Shown here: positions 32,880 through 51,100 of the stretch, one piece after another
Position numbering within the stretch: position 1 is the stretch's first letter
Layout of the letters: every line of letters begins with the position of its first letter
Assembly: GCF_009914755.1 (NCBI RefSeq)
Contig: NC_060928.1
DNA: 64,000 nt
DNA from: the human T2T-CHM13v2.0 reference genome, Homo sapiens
Strand: one strand, 5' to 3'
Notes under the pieces: model-generated
Told to the model about the DNA's origin: nothing
Database searches by the model: none
What the model saw: only the letters and a program-made list of their open reading frames with translations
Program-made: the position numbers and the translations under genes

Positions 32880-33349
32880 AAAAAATGACGTTTGTGATTC
32901 TGTTAGGAGAGACAGGCATATTTCCCTACAAGCAACCACATGGGATCATAGGGTTGGGTGAACCTTAAAACTTGTACTTGGATACCTGCATAGTAACTCT
33001 TTTCTTCATGTGAGTTAGAAATTTCAGAAGGATGAAAGGTAAACTTCATATCGGAGTTTCCATCCAAATCAGTCTCATTATCTCTAGCAACTATAGGGTG
33101 AATAGCATGGAAATCAGATGATCTTCACCTTCCAAAAGTTGATCAAGTCACAACGATTTATGAATATATATGTTTATTCAAAATGACATTGCATACCTGT
33201 ATAAAGCATATGTCACTGATACTGTATCATAAGAGCATATGGTATACCGAATATTTATTTTTCTAGAAAACTGAAATGCATAACATGTCTACTGAAATAA
33301 GTGTAAGAAAAGAAAATATTGGAATGCATAAGTCATTGACACATTCCAC

Positions 33350-33535
33350 AAACAATGCTAGGTACTTTGTTCAGCTGACAATAATCTTGTAAGTTAGATT
33401 TTATTATTCTTATATTGTAGAAGGAATAATACAACCAAAGATGTTTTACAGTACATTAGGTTCATAAAAGAGTGAGCTAAAACTTGAATCCAGTTGTACT
33501 AGCACCAAATTCATACACTTTCTACTGTACTACCA
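33350..33535 (-). mobile_element. MIR fragment
   Basis: tgctaggtacttt...acaataatcttgtaag...ttattatt...gagctaaaacttgaatccag. Confidence 0.55.
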
Positions 33536-36039
33536 CTCAACTCTAAAATAAACAAATATTTAAAAGTAAAATATTTTTTAAAAGCAGCTGGTCTAAGAAA
33601 ACTAATTTGTCAATATGGGAGGTAGGAAGATTGTAATATGTGTATAATAAATGCAGAATTTCACAACCTATTCAATATGTAGGCTAATTTATCTCTAAAT
33701 ACTATATATTATATTTTTACAAAACTTTATATTTAAATAGGATAGAATTATAATTACAATATTATACCAAATGTGGGTTTTCTGTTATTACAGGCAAAAT
33801 TAACTTTCTGCTAGTCCTTGAAAGGAATCTGTGTGCAAAAGACATCTTCCTGTCATCTGTAAGGTACTGATATTTTCTCCAGTGTCATTATAGTTTATAA
33901 CGAATCAGGTCAGAAAATGTACTAGTCCCTTTAACTATGAGAATTGTTCTAAGATTCCCTTACTAATCACATATTCAACTTTGGCAGGGGGTGGGTGTTG
34001 GAGATAATTCATAGTCAAAAAGAATTATTAAATGACGAGCAGCTATTATTTTGCAATGCCATTCTGGGAGTCTTTGGGGATTTTACATTTACATGAGTTA
34101 CACTTTAAGAAGTAAGTGGCTTAGGAATATTTTTAAACTTATTAGTGATAAAGAAGGAAAACAGCTATTGACAAGTGAGGATGAGCACCCACCATATGGA
34201 TTTTAACATTTTAATTATTTTGTTCTTTTTCTTTTTAAAGCAACTCTTAGTGGTAATAATTTTTCAACTAATTAAAGACCAGCTGCTACTTAGCAAGCTG
34301 GACACCCAATTAGGATGTGAAACCTGCTAAACAACCTTTACTGCCAGCCAGCTAGCTGAATCACCTCCTGTCTCGTCACTGGCGTGGAATTGATTATTTT
34401 TTGTTTTGTTAAATGCATGTTGTTGTCACACAAACTGGATCTCCAGAATGTTTTTCTTTCAGAAGAGCTGAACAATCTGACATCCCGTTCAATCTCAATT
34501 TTTGGACGAATTTGAGATCTGTAGCAAGGTCCTTCGTCTATTTTTGTAAATATAATTATGGAATGGCTGTGGAGAATTACACTTTGCAGAAAGAAAAAAA
34601 AAAAACCTTGAAATGCAGAAGGTAACCACCCACGTTACTTATGATTGACAGTGAGATAATGGTATCACGTAAAATGGTTTTTGTATACTCAGGAAAAAAA
34701 TCAAAAAATGATCATTATATTTCTATTCATGACTAAGAAGTTTGGTCTTAAATGTTCATGATTTTTTTCCCCCAAGAGTATCTTAAAAAATGGAATGAAG
34801 GTGCCAGGATAAATTAGAGAGAAATAAACTTGTAAAATACAGTCTTATTGTATGCATCATGTTTTTTTCCCCTCTGTAATAGTTAGAAATGGTTTATCTT
34901 CACAAAACAAAACCTCTCAAATTGCTGAAGGAAAACAACAATTTAGCATTGATTCTATGGAAAGTCTTTAAATGTAATATAATACTCAAAAATTTCTTTC
35001 TCACTATTTTAAATAGTTGTTGCTAATGAAAATAGGCTCCAATAAATACATAAATCAAATTGAAATCCAGAGATAATTGATTATGGATAATGAATTCTCA
35101 GACACTTTGACTCACAAAGAGAATTCAGTATTCTCTCTTAGAATTATCCAATGCCTGGCGAATTCCTAACTGTCAGACACCTTAGAAATTGGCAGAGCTG
35201 TAGCCTGTGATTCACATATTTAGTTGTATCGAATAATCCTTAATGACCTGGAAGAACTCATGCTATTGGCAGGGATGTCAGACGGGACACAAGGATCACT
35301 ACCTTCTCCCATTGCTTGCTTTGCTGTGCTGGTTTTTTGTAGCTTCAATTCTGTGCTCTAAGGCACAGTGGGTGCTCAATAAACATTGTTGATTGGATGT
35401 CATTACATCTGCTGTGAGTGACAATGAGTCTGACAGGCCTGAATCCAAGGATCCTCTGGCAACTTTAGCAAATGGTGAGGACACCACACTGGATATCACG
35501 GGACTGGAAGTGTTAAAGCTCTCAGCAGGAGATTAACTCTGCCTCTAGGAGCCTGAAGTTGATTTGGAAAAGATAGTACAAGGGCTGGCAATCAAGAACA
35601 TGTTTGACTCTTTCTTGGGTGCATGGTGTACGCAGTGTTTTTGATGTGAATTATGGCTGAGCCTCCATCAGGGTGCCTCTCGGGACAGATGCTGTGGCCA
35701 GAAGGCACTTTCTTGAGCTGAGAATTTTCTGCTCAATGTTGACTACTGCTTACACTAAAATTGTTTTTGTCACGTGCGCCAGCACGGCAAGCAACAGCAA
35801 CTAGAAGTCAACTTTTCTTCTACCATTCTTCAGGTCTCTAAATGCGGCCATAGCAGTTTTCTACAAGGCAGGTCAGATCATGTCATAATTGTGCATAAAC
35901 ACTTTAGTTGTCTTGCTTTGCCTGTATGATCACATTCAGGGACTTCAACGTGGGGGACTAATCCGAGTGTGAACTGGTCCTTGAATAATTCTTTTAAATC
36001 TTTTGCAAGACTCAGATTTTCGTGGATAATGATATATCA

Positions 36040-36268
36040 TATTTGGCATTTCTAATTTGCTAGGTGCTTTTCTCTGTACTTGACGTATGTAAACTCATTT
36101 CATTCTCAAAATAACTCTATGAGGTAGGTACCACATATTATCATCTCTATTTAAAGATGAGTAAAAACTAAAGCACAGAGAGCAAAGGTAATTTCAAGGT
36201 CATGCAGCTGGTGAAGGTGAGATTCTAACCTAAATCCATCTAAGCCCGTGCTCCTGGCTACCATGCTT
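36040..36268 (-). mobile_element. MIR
   Basis: aactcatttcattctcaaaataactctatgaggtagg...agatgagtaaaaactaaagcacagagag...caaggtcatgcagctggt. Confidence 0.8.
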
Positions 36269-36949
36269 CCTCCCATAGATTCCCCTCTGATTGTAAGCCT
36301 CCCTCGGTGCCTTTGTATTTGCTGTTTCCTTTATCTTGAATGCCTTTCTTCTTCATGGCTGATTGGGCTCAGCTGTCAAGACTCAGCTACAGGTTTTATT
36401 TCATTACGAAGCAATCGCTGACACTCAAATCAGAGTTGCCTACTCCCTCTTTTTGGCCAATACTACTACACCTAGGGAAAAAATAACCACAACAATAACT
36501 ACGATTGCCACTACAGTCTTAACAGCATGATAATTATTATCATGTATCTATTACTTAATATGGCACTATTTGCCTGGTATTGTGACATACCATCTTCATC
36601 TCCACCATAGTGTGGCACAACATCATGACACAGAGAGGTTAAGTGACTTACCCAAAGATAAATGGATAATTAGTGACAGAGCCAAGATCTGTTTATGTCT
36701 AATGTGCAATAAATTATTTAACAATAATTCCTTGTTAGAAAATGATTAAGAGTTTCAAGATGGCTTCAAAAGCATTAAGTGAGGGTGCCTTTTAAGCATG
36801 AATAGCTGTGTGACAGCACTGGATGCATACCTATGCAGCCAGTCCTCTTGAGGAACCAATGGGACCACTGGGAATGCAAATAAATATTTACCCATTAAAC
36901 ATGTTCTCAGCTTGAGGATTGGGGTACATAAATGCGCATACTCATATTG

Positions 36950-40200
<3,251 letters not shown>

Positions 40201-40566
40201 TTGTTGTCCTTGTATACAACCATTCCCCATTAAATACATTATGATAGATAAATAAAACTGTACTCCATTGTAGCAATCGAATGCCTTCTTATACTAAGAA
40301 GCTTAGTCACTGAATTCACTCACTCCTCTTTTACTGAACTGGGAAAATAGGGTATTTCTTTTGTTGTGTTGTGTTTTGTTTTTCTTTTGAAGGAAATAAG
40401 TATTTATATTTCAAAATATTGGCAACATTACAAAGTTAGTTAACATAACAAATACCTATACCATGCCTCTTAACCAGAAAGCTAAATTGGATCTCATATG
40501 TGGTAAATAGAAAGGAATCAGACATACGTGAAAGAAAAATGTTTCTTTAGTTTGTCTTCATGATAG

Positions 40567-41287
<721 letters not shown>

Positions 41288-41569
41288 AAGCCATTCAAAA
41301 ACTTAGTTTCTACTCTTTAAAATAAATTCACTTTTTTATTATTCACAGTAGGTGATCATACTTAAATTGAGTACAGAAACTAAATGCTATAGGTAAATGA
41401 AATCTTAATGAATACAAACTACAAGCAAGAATAGAAGAGAGTTAATATAATTTACTCCTCTGAAGAGATTAAATAGTATAATGAAGCATTTATTATTAAC
41501 TGTTCAATTTATTTTAAGATTATAAAATTATAACAGCATCATTATGACATTTTCTTACCTTATGACAGA

Positions 41570-44258
41570 TTTTATTTTATTTTATTTTTTAACTTTTATT
41601 TTAAGTTTAGAGGTATATGTGCAGGTTTGTTATATAGGTAAACTCCTGACACAAGGGTTTGTTGTACAGATTATTTCATCATCCAGGTACCACACCTAGT
41701 ACCCAATAGTTATGTTTTCTGATCCTTGCCCTCCTCTTACCCTCCACACTCAAGTAGGCGCCAGTGTCTGTTGTTCCCCTCGTTGTGTCCATGAGGTCTT
41801 AACATTTAGCTCCCACTTATACTTGAGAACATGCAATATTTGCCTTTCTGTTCCTGCATTAGTTTGATAAGTATACTGATGTCCAGCTCCATCCACATTC
41901 CTGTAAAAGACCTGATCTCATTTTTTGTGGCTGCATAGTATTCCACACTGTATATGCACCATATTTCCTTTATCCAGTCTGTCATTGATGGGCATCGAGA
42001 CTGATTCTATATCTTTGCTGTTGTAAATAGTGTTTCCATAAACATATATGCTCATGTGTCTTAATGGTAGAATGATTTATCTTACTTTGGGTATATACCC
42101 AGTAATGGGATTGCTGGGTCAAATGGTAATTTTGTTTTTAGCTCTTTGAGGAATTGCCATTCTAACTATCAATAATGGTTAAACCACTTTACACACCAAC
42201 CAACAGTATATAAGCATTCCCTACTATTTGACTTTTTATTACTAATAGCCATTCTGACTGGTGTGAGATGGTATCTCATGTGGTTTTGATTTGCATTTCT
42301 CTAATGATCAGTGATGTTGAGCTTTTTTTCATATGCTTGTTGACAAGTATGTCTCCTTTTCTGAAGTGTCTGTTCATGTCCTTTGCCAACTTTTCAATGG
42401 GGTCGTTTTTTTTTTCTTGTAAATTGGATTAAGCCCCTTATAGATTCTGTATATTAGACCTTTATCAGATGCACAGCTTGCAAATATTTTCTCCAATTCT
42501 GTAGACCCTCTGTTTACTATATTGATTGTTTCTTTTGCTGTGCAGAAGCTCTTAAGTTTAATTACATCCCATTTTTAATTATTTGCTTTTTTTGTGATTG
42601 CTTTTGACATCTTTATCATGAAATCTTTGCCCATTCCGACATCTAGAATGGTATTAGCTAGGATGTCTTCAAGGACTCTTATAGTTTGGGGTTTTATATT
42701 TAAGCCTTTTATCCATCTTGAGTTGATTTTTGTATACAGTGTAAGGAATGGGTCCAATTTCAATCTTCTGCATATGGCTAGCCATTTTTCTCAGCACCAT
42801 TTATTGAATAGGGACTCCTTTTCCCAATGCTTGTTTTTTTCAGCTTCATTGAAAATCAGATGGTTGCAGGTGTTCAGCCTATTTCTGGGTTCTCTATTCT
42901 CTTCCATTGGTCTATATATCTGTTTTTGTACTAGTAGCATGCTGTTTTGGTCACTGTAGCAATGTAGTATAGTTTGAACTTGGGTAACATGATACCTTCA
43001 GATTTGTTATGTATGCTTACTATTGCCTTCACTATTCAGGCTCTTTTTGGTTCCACACAAATTTTAAAATAGGTGTTTCTAGTTCTGTGAAGAATGTCAT
43101 TGGTAGTAATAGGAACAGCATTGAATCATAAATTTCTTTGGACAGTATGGTCATTTAGATGATATTGATTCTTCCTATAACTGAGCATGAAAATATTTTC
43201 CATATGTTTGTGTCTTCTCTGATTCCTTTAAGCAGGGTTTTGGAATTCTCATTGCAGAGATCTCCCACTTCCTTGGTTACAAGTATTCTTAGGTATCTTA
43301 TTATTTTTGTGGATATTGTGAATGGGATTGCCTTCCTGATTTGGCTCTCAGCTTGGCTGTTGTTGGTGTATAGGAATGCTAGTGATTTTTGTATATTGAT
43401 TTTGTACCCTGAAACTTTACTGAAGTTGTTTATCAGATCTAGAATCTTTTGGGCGGGACTATGAGATTTTTCTATGTATAAAATCATATTTCCTGCAAAC
43501 AAAGATCTTTAGACTTCTCTCTTCTTATTTGCTGGATATGGCTAGCATATCCAGCACTATGTTGAATAGGAGTGGTGTTTGGTTCTCAAGGAGAACGCTT
43601 GCAGCTTTTGCCTGTTCAGTATGATGTTGGCTGTGCAAGTGTCATAGATCACTCTTTGTATTTTGAGGTATGTTCTTTCAATGCCTAGTTGAGGATTCTT
43701 AACATGAAAGGATGTTGAATGTTATCGAAAACCTTTTCTGCACCTATTGGGATAAGCATGAGGTTTTTGTCTTTAGTTCTTTTTGAGTGATGAATCACAT
43801 TTATTGATTTGCATATGTTGAACCAACCTTGCATCCCAAGGTTGCCTATTCAATTGTGGTAAATTAGCATTTTGATGTGCTTTTGGACTGGTTTGCAAAT
43901 ATTTTGCTGAGGACTTTGGCATCAAAGTTCATCAAGGATATTGGCCTGAAGGTTTTTGGTGGTGTTGTGTCTCTGCCAGGTTTTGGTATCAGGATGACGC
44001 TGGCCTCATAGAATGAGCTGGGGAGGAGTTTCTCTTCTTTTTTTAATAATAGTTTCCGTAGGCATGGTACCCACTCTTTTTTGTACATCTTGTATAATTC
44101 ATCTGTGAATCTATCAGTCCTGGTCTCTTTTGGTGGGTAGGCTATTTATTACTGATCCAATTTCAGAGCTTGTTATCAGTCTGTTCAGGAAGTCCATTTC
44201 TTCCTGCTTCAGTCTTGGGAGGGTGTATGTGTCCAGGAACTTATCCATCTATTCTAGG
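41570..44258 (-). mobile_element. 5'-truncated LINE-1 (older L1PA, about PA13-16)
   Basis: minus-strand ORF2 peptides ([18 protein letters not shown]; [18 protein letters not shown]; [15 protein letters not shown]...FRPISLMN); 3' UTR and T-rich tail at left. Confidence 0.95.
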
Positions 44259-45350
44259 TTATTGTGGACCATTTCTTCTCATTGGTGTATGTTGTACCAT
44301 TGTGTGAATATATTTATAAATTCTATTATTGATGGTTAATTGTATATCTTCTGTTTTTAGCCATTGTGAAAAGTGATGCTATGAAGGTTCTAGGATATGT
44401 TTTCACATGAGCAATAATGTATTTTTTGGATATATGCCTAGTAATAAAATTAAGTCAATTTTCCAAAGTGTATGTGCCTATTTACATCTCCAGCAGAGTC
44501 TATGAGATTTCTTGTTGCTCCAAATCCTTACCAAAACTTGATATTTTCAGTGTTTTCCATGGCATATATAAGGAATCCAACTTATCAATTTGTTCATCAA
44601 TACATTTTTTAAATTTTTGTTTAAGAAATATTTTATTCACTTCAAGATGTCAAAGATGTTCTATATTTTCTCTTATTGTATTACATTTTATATTTAGATT
44701 TGAATCTGCTGAATTTTGGCAGAAGGAATATGATGCAAGGTAGTTGTCAAAACGTTTTTCCATATGTCTGTCCATCTAAAATATGAACAATTATTGAAAA
44801 TACAATTATTTCTCAACTGTTATACAGTATTAACTTTGTGAAAAATCAGATGATGATTTTGCAGAGTCTGTTTCTGAAATCTCTGTGACATTGGTTTGTT
44901 ATTTTTTTCATGCTGCAACGTCATACTATCTTAGCTACTATAGTTTTAAAATAGGTCTTGCTGTCTTGCAAAGCAAGTCCATTTTTGTTTGCTTCTCCTT
45001 AAAATTACACTGAATACTTTTTCTGCCTTTTATGTTTCCATAGAAATGGTAGAATCAGGTTGTCAATACACACCACACACACACAAATACACATGCAGAC
45101 TCACACACAAATATTTTCCCTACAGGTATTGATATTTAGATTGGGATCCAAATGGTTCTATAGATTATTTGAGGAGAACCGGCATGTTTACTAGTTTAAA
45201 TCTTCTAATCCATGGACGTGGCATATAATTTAAATTTTCATTAACTTGGCTCAATAACATTTATTGTTTTTGCTGTCTTGCAATATTTTCTATAGGTTTA
45301 TTGCTTTACTTGATGTGTGTTAGTTTTTGATGTTGTTTTGATGTTGTTGT
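44259..45350 (-). mobile_element. Ancient antisense L1 fragments with a short (CA)-rich tract at about 45067-45108
   Basis: degenerate motifs tttacatctccagcag, agaatcaggttgtcaa, tcttctaatccatg. Confidence 0.6.
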
Positions 45351-48300
45351 GGTAGCTTGCTTGAATTTATTACATTCTTCAAAATAAATAAAAAGAAATA
45401 TTCTTAGTCAATGATGAGATACTTGATGAATCAATGATAATGATTAATATAATTATGTTAAAATGAAGATAAAAAGTGTCACCTTAGGAATAAAATAAAT
45501 TATCTCTATACCACAGTAAGTATTTCATAGCTTAGAATTACGTCCTTCAGTTATATTTTTAAATACGTAAAATTATTAAGTATGGAATCATACAAGATAA
45601 AATTTTAAAGTGACTAAAATATCTACTCCAAGCATCTATTCCACAATATCTCTAAGTTTCTGTTATATAGCTTTTGCTACTATAGCTACAAAACCAGAAA
45701 ATTTATTTTCTCATGGGACAGATCCTTTCATCATTGAGAAGCTCTACCTATTAAATACTTACATTTTATATACTCTTTGTAATGATCTAAAAACTGTCTT
45801 CATATAAGTTTCACCCTTTGGTTCTTATGTAATTTAATATCAATATACAGCCAGTTTACATCTTCTTTCATGTGATAACCCATTGGATTATAAAGGTAGT
45901 TTTCATGTTCTTATTCTTCCCCTCTTCTTTTCTCTGGGCTAAGTGTCTTCCCTAATTCTTCATACAGCATGGTTTCTAGTCTTTTCACCTCATGGGTCTC
46001 TGTTCTCTGAAAGCACTTCAAGACCTCCATACACTCTTCACACTCTTTAGTATGGTGCCTGTTATTTCTGAAAAAGAAAAGTAGCCTAGGAATATCTCCT
46101 CACTTTGAACTAGGTTCTCTACTTCTCTACCAATGCACTGACATTGTGGTGTCATCATAGAAGCTGCCTGGCAGGCAGTCAGCAGCCTTGTAAATATCTA
46201 TTTACCTTATTCATTTCACCACTGTCATTCCTCAACTTTGCCTGCCTTGTGACTGGACTTTGGCAGGACCTGTACTTTGGGGATGTGATGACATTAACTA
46301 AGCCTGAAAGAGGAGATTAGCCATGCATGTACTCCCCCTAGTCTTCTTTCCCTGAAGAAAAAGTCTGTCTTTCAAAATAAAATTATAATCATAAAATTGA
46401 TTGGTAAGCATAGAATGGGGGCAAGGGGAATGAGTTCAGCATTTCAATATTAAATTGCATCTATCAAAATTGTTTTGATAGACAGATTCATCCCCCATCA
46501 GAATAGTAACATACCTGCACTAAAACTAAGCAGGTTGGATTTTGTGTACTTATACTGTTTCCCTAGAACAGGACTGGAGGGAGGGGCTGGTATCATTGGT
46601 TGCCTCGTGGACTGTTTTTGGTTTTCTGTATTCTGTTCTGTGCTAATCAATCCCTCATTCAAAAAAAATCTTTTTAAAATTCACCAATATTTTATTTTAT
46701 ATTGCTCTGGATTTAAAACCAATAGTCTCTTCAAGGTGATTGTGAATCTCTCACTTGCAGTGGATTTTATGATTTAACTCTTAGAGCATAATCTTATTTC
46801 TCTGGTTTCCAAATTCTTAGAGAGCTTCTCACTACTACTGAATTTATAAGATCAAATAACTAGTCAATGAAACAGATTATCCAATATGACTGCATTCGGA
46901 AGCTAGATCCTTTTTGTGCTTTTTGTGTCTTCTCCTTCGGCCACCATTTAGCAGGAGACATCCTGGGTTCTGCAGAGTCTAACCATAGGAGTCAAGTGAA
47001 TAACATTAGGCCTTTGGATGGCCTGGCATACCTTAGACAACCACTAATACCTTAGATTGGCCCATCTTGGCCCACACAGCTTTATCGTGAGGGCAAGAGG
47101 TCTCATCTGCCCAACCTCCCATTTGCTTCCACAGCTTTGTTGTGAAGAGTGAAGATATGCATTTATGCCAAATATTTTTTCTAAGGTATATCCAATTTTA
47201 GATAAAAGTACTACTTGTCTCAAAAGACTATAAAGGATCAGGGAATAATGGAGGTCAGAGAAGCAGTTAAAAAGCCTCATGTGTTTCATAAATATCCAAA
47301 GAGAAATTCCTTGGAATATATTTTCCTCAGTGTAAAATAGCACCTATATTTCTGGAGTTACTTCAGAATCTCAAAAGACCCTGACAATATGTCTTGGCCT
47401 TATATATTGGCTAAAATGTAACTTCCGTGACTCAGGCAACAGTTATTTATATTTTACTGTCTCTACAGAGTTCCTCAACAGAGCTATAAAAGTAGATGCA
47501 GAAGGCTTAATCTTTTTATACAGCCACTTTGAATATATCTTTTTTTGTACAGCCACTTTGAAGATATGAATACAAATTGGAGAGGAAGGTGAAGATGAGA
47601 AGCAACACCATAAGGAAAATGTGTATCTTTGTAAAAGCTAATTGTGATGATAATTACTTTCTGCTTTGGAAGCACATGGATAATGTTGGCTCTTACAATG
47701 GAATTTGTTCAAAGAAATAAAATAGATTGGGCTATTCAACAGTGACTGAATTGTTCATTATGTTAAGAATGGAAAGCAATCTTGTAAAATGTCATCTTTT
47801 GCATTTATTTTAATTTTCTGAGAACATTTATGCCAACTAAATGTAAAATTTCCCCAATATCACTCCTACCTCATTAAAGGAGAAAATAATGTGGCTAAAT
47901 GCCTTTGACAAATAGTCATATTATTTAAATAATTATCATTTCTTTTCAGCACAGACACAGACAAGGAAAAATCAGGTGAAGGAGTAAAAGGAGAATTCGG
48001 ATATTTGTCAAGGGCAGGGAGATAAGAAGGAAGAAAACCATTCATGGGGAATTCACCCTCTGCTGCAAACAGTGGCACCTGCAGAGCTCTGCCTCCCTCT
48101 GGAAGCATCCTGCACCTGCCATCTCTTAGTCACATGCAGAAAAATGACTACAAACAAAGGCAAAAAATAAACCATTTCCTGTTCTGGAGTCACCAGCCCC
48201 ACACTGTTTATATAAATCTGTACATCTCTTCCACATTCTGCATAGCCGTTACTAGTCATCTGGTTTAAAAAATATGCTTCCTATAGTTTTCTCAGGCCCA

Positions 48301-49274
48301 GCCTGAATACTGGGTTGGTGCCTGTGTAATTGGCATGTTCCTGCTTAAGCCTTCCTTTTCAAATTGGACCACTGGCGGTTAACCTATCTGGGTCTGTGCA
48401 GCCCACATAGGCTTCTGCTTGTGCCCCCTGGTAGGCTTGAAGCTTTGGAAGTCATTCCTGGACTGAATGCTGAGCCTGAAAATCCTGCTCATATTTTTAA
48501 GCTGGCCTCATACTCACACTCTAAATTTGCTTCCTTCCCAAGCCTTGTGACGATCATTTGAGCCCTTCCCATTAAAACGATCTCCTGTGCAAGTCCATGT
48601 CTAGGGTCTTTGGCTTGAAATTATTCCAAGCTTTTCCAAATACTCTTGACTTAGCAAGTCACTGTGATAAAGGAGGATCAGCAGGACTGGAAGAGGTGTC
48701 ATAAAGAAAGGCATGAAGACCAGGTGTCAGATAAGGATGGAAGAGCTCTGAGGACAAACTTTGTTCCCTAAAATATATTAACTCAGCAGAAGAAGTTTGG
48801 TTAGGGCTGCCAAGAGATGAAGGCCCAGAAAAAAAAGAAAACAGTGAATTGTGGAAAAGGAAATAAACTTTTTTAGTTTAGGGAAAGTTTCTGAAGGAGA
48901 CCACCATTAGAAGAAGTTGTAGACTCATAGCTAGAGGGATTTGTATGAGAAAGCACATAGGAATAAATGGACATGTGTACTCTATGATTGCCCCTGAATA
49001 AGTGAAGAATAATGTGTTTAGTTTAAAATGGTCATTTTTAGCATTTGCAAGTTGAATCATATTTTTCTCACAAAATAGATTTTTGTTCTGTCTATTTACT
49101 TTGTTATTCTTTCCAATGACACATAAAGAGGTAACCAAGAGACTTGGGCAAGAGAGTGGGATGAGCAAAACAAAATCCTTGCAGTGTACAAATTGATCCA
49201 TGTGGACACAAAACACATACGATGCCCATATATATGAAGTAATACTAACTGTTGGGAAATTCTTAAGAAAGAAT

Positions 49275-51100
49275 CTAGTTCTGTGAAGAATTAGATTAGT
49301 ATTTGGATAGGAATAGCATTGAACCGGTAAATTGCTTTGCATGGTAGGGCCATTTTAATGATATTGATTCTTTCTATCCATGAGCATAGGATGTTTTTTC
49401 CATTCATTTGTGTCTTTTCTGATTTCTTTGAGCAGTACTTTGGAATTCTCATTTTAGAGGTCTTTTACCTCCCTGGTTAGCTGTATTCCTAGGTATTTTA
49501 TGCTTTCTGTGGCAATTGTGAGCGAGATTGCCTTCCTGATTTTGCTCTTGGCTTGGCCGTTGGTGTATAGGAATGCTAGTGATGTTTGTACATTGATTTT
49601 GTATCTAGAAACTGCTGAAGTTTCTGCAAAGGAAGGAGCTTTTGGGTCGAGAGTACGGGGTTTCTAGATAGGAAATCATGTCGTCTGCAAACAGAAATAG
49701 TTTGACTTCCTCTCTTCTTATTTGGATGCCTTTCATTTCTTTCTCTTGCCTGATTGCTCTGGCTACAACTTCCAATACTATGTTGTATAGGAGTGAAGAG
49801 AGAAGGCATTTTTGTCTTGTGCCTGTTTTCAAGGAGAGTGCTTCCAGCTTCCAGTATGGTATTGGCCGTGGCCTGTTGTAGATGGCTCTTATTATTTTGA
49901 GGTATGTTCCTTCAATACCTAGTTTATTGAGAGTTTTTTTTTTTACATGAACAGATGTTGAATTTTATGGAAAGCCTGCATTTATCTATTGAGATAATCA
50001 TTGGGTTTTGTCGATAGTTCTCTTTATGTAATTTGATGACAAACACCAAAAGCAATTGCAACAAGGGCAAAAATTGACAAATGTGATCTAATTAGACTCA
50101 AGAGCTTCTGCACAGCAAATGAAACTATCAACAGAATGAATAGACAACCTACCTACAGAATGGGAGAAAAAGTTTGCAAAGTATGCATCTGACAAAAGTC
50201 TAATACCCAGCATCAATAAAAAGCTTAAACAAATTTACAAGAGAAAAATATACAAGCCCATTAAAAAGAGGGAAAAAGAATGAACAGACACTTTTCAAAA
50301 GTAAATGTGTATGCAGCCAACAAGCACATCAAGAAAAAGCTCAATATCATTGATCATTAGAGAAATGCAAATCAAAACCACAATGAGATACCATCTCACA
50401 CTAATGAGAATGGCTATTACTAAAAAGTCAAATAATAACAGATGCTGACGAGTTTTTGGAGAAAAGTGAAACTTTATACACTGTTATGGGAGTGTAAATT
50501 AGTTCAACCATTGCAGAAAGTAGTATGGCAATTCTACAAAGAGCTAAAAGTAGAACTACCATCAACAATCCCACTATTGGGTGTATACTCAGAGAAATAT
50601 AAATCATTCAACCATAAAGACACATGCATGTGAATGTTCATTGCATCACTATTCAAAATAGCAAAGATATGGAGTCAACCTAAATGCCTATTAATGACAG
50701 ATTGGATAAAGAAAATGAGGTACATATACACCATGTAATACTATGCTGCCATAAAAAGAATGAGATCATGTCTTTTGTGGGAACATGGATGAAGTTGGAG
50801 GCTATTATTCTCAGCAAACTAACACAGGAATGGGAAACCAAAGACCGCATGTTCTCACTTATAAGTAGGATGAAATCATAAGAACTTAATGAACACAAAG
50901 AAGCAAACAACAAACACTGGGGTCTACTTGAGGGGAGAGGGTGGGAGAAGGGAGAGCAGCAGAAAAAATAATTATTGGGTACTGGGCTTAACACCTGGGT
51001 GATGAAATAATATGTATGACAAGCCCCCATGACACGTTTACCTATGTAACAAACCTTCACATGTACCTCCAAACCTAAAATGAAAGTTAAAAAAAACAGA
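49275..51100 (+). mobile_element. LINE-1 (older L1PA) with 5' inversion: 49275-~50030 antisense, ~50031-51100 sense
   Basis: minus ORF KTGTRQ...LFADDMI (RT) abuts plus-strand ORF2 C-terminus (MSFVGTWMKLEAIILSKL), 3' UTR and polyA; short TSD aaagaat. Confidence 0.93.
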
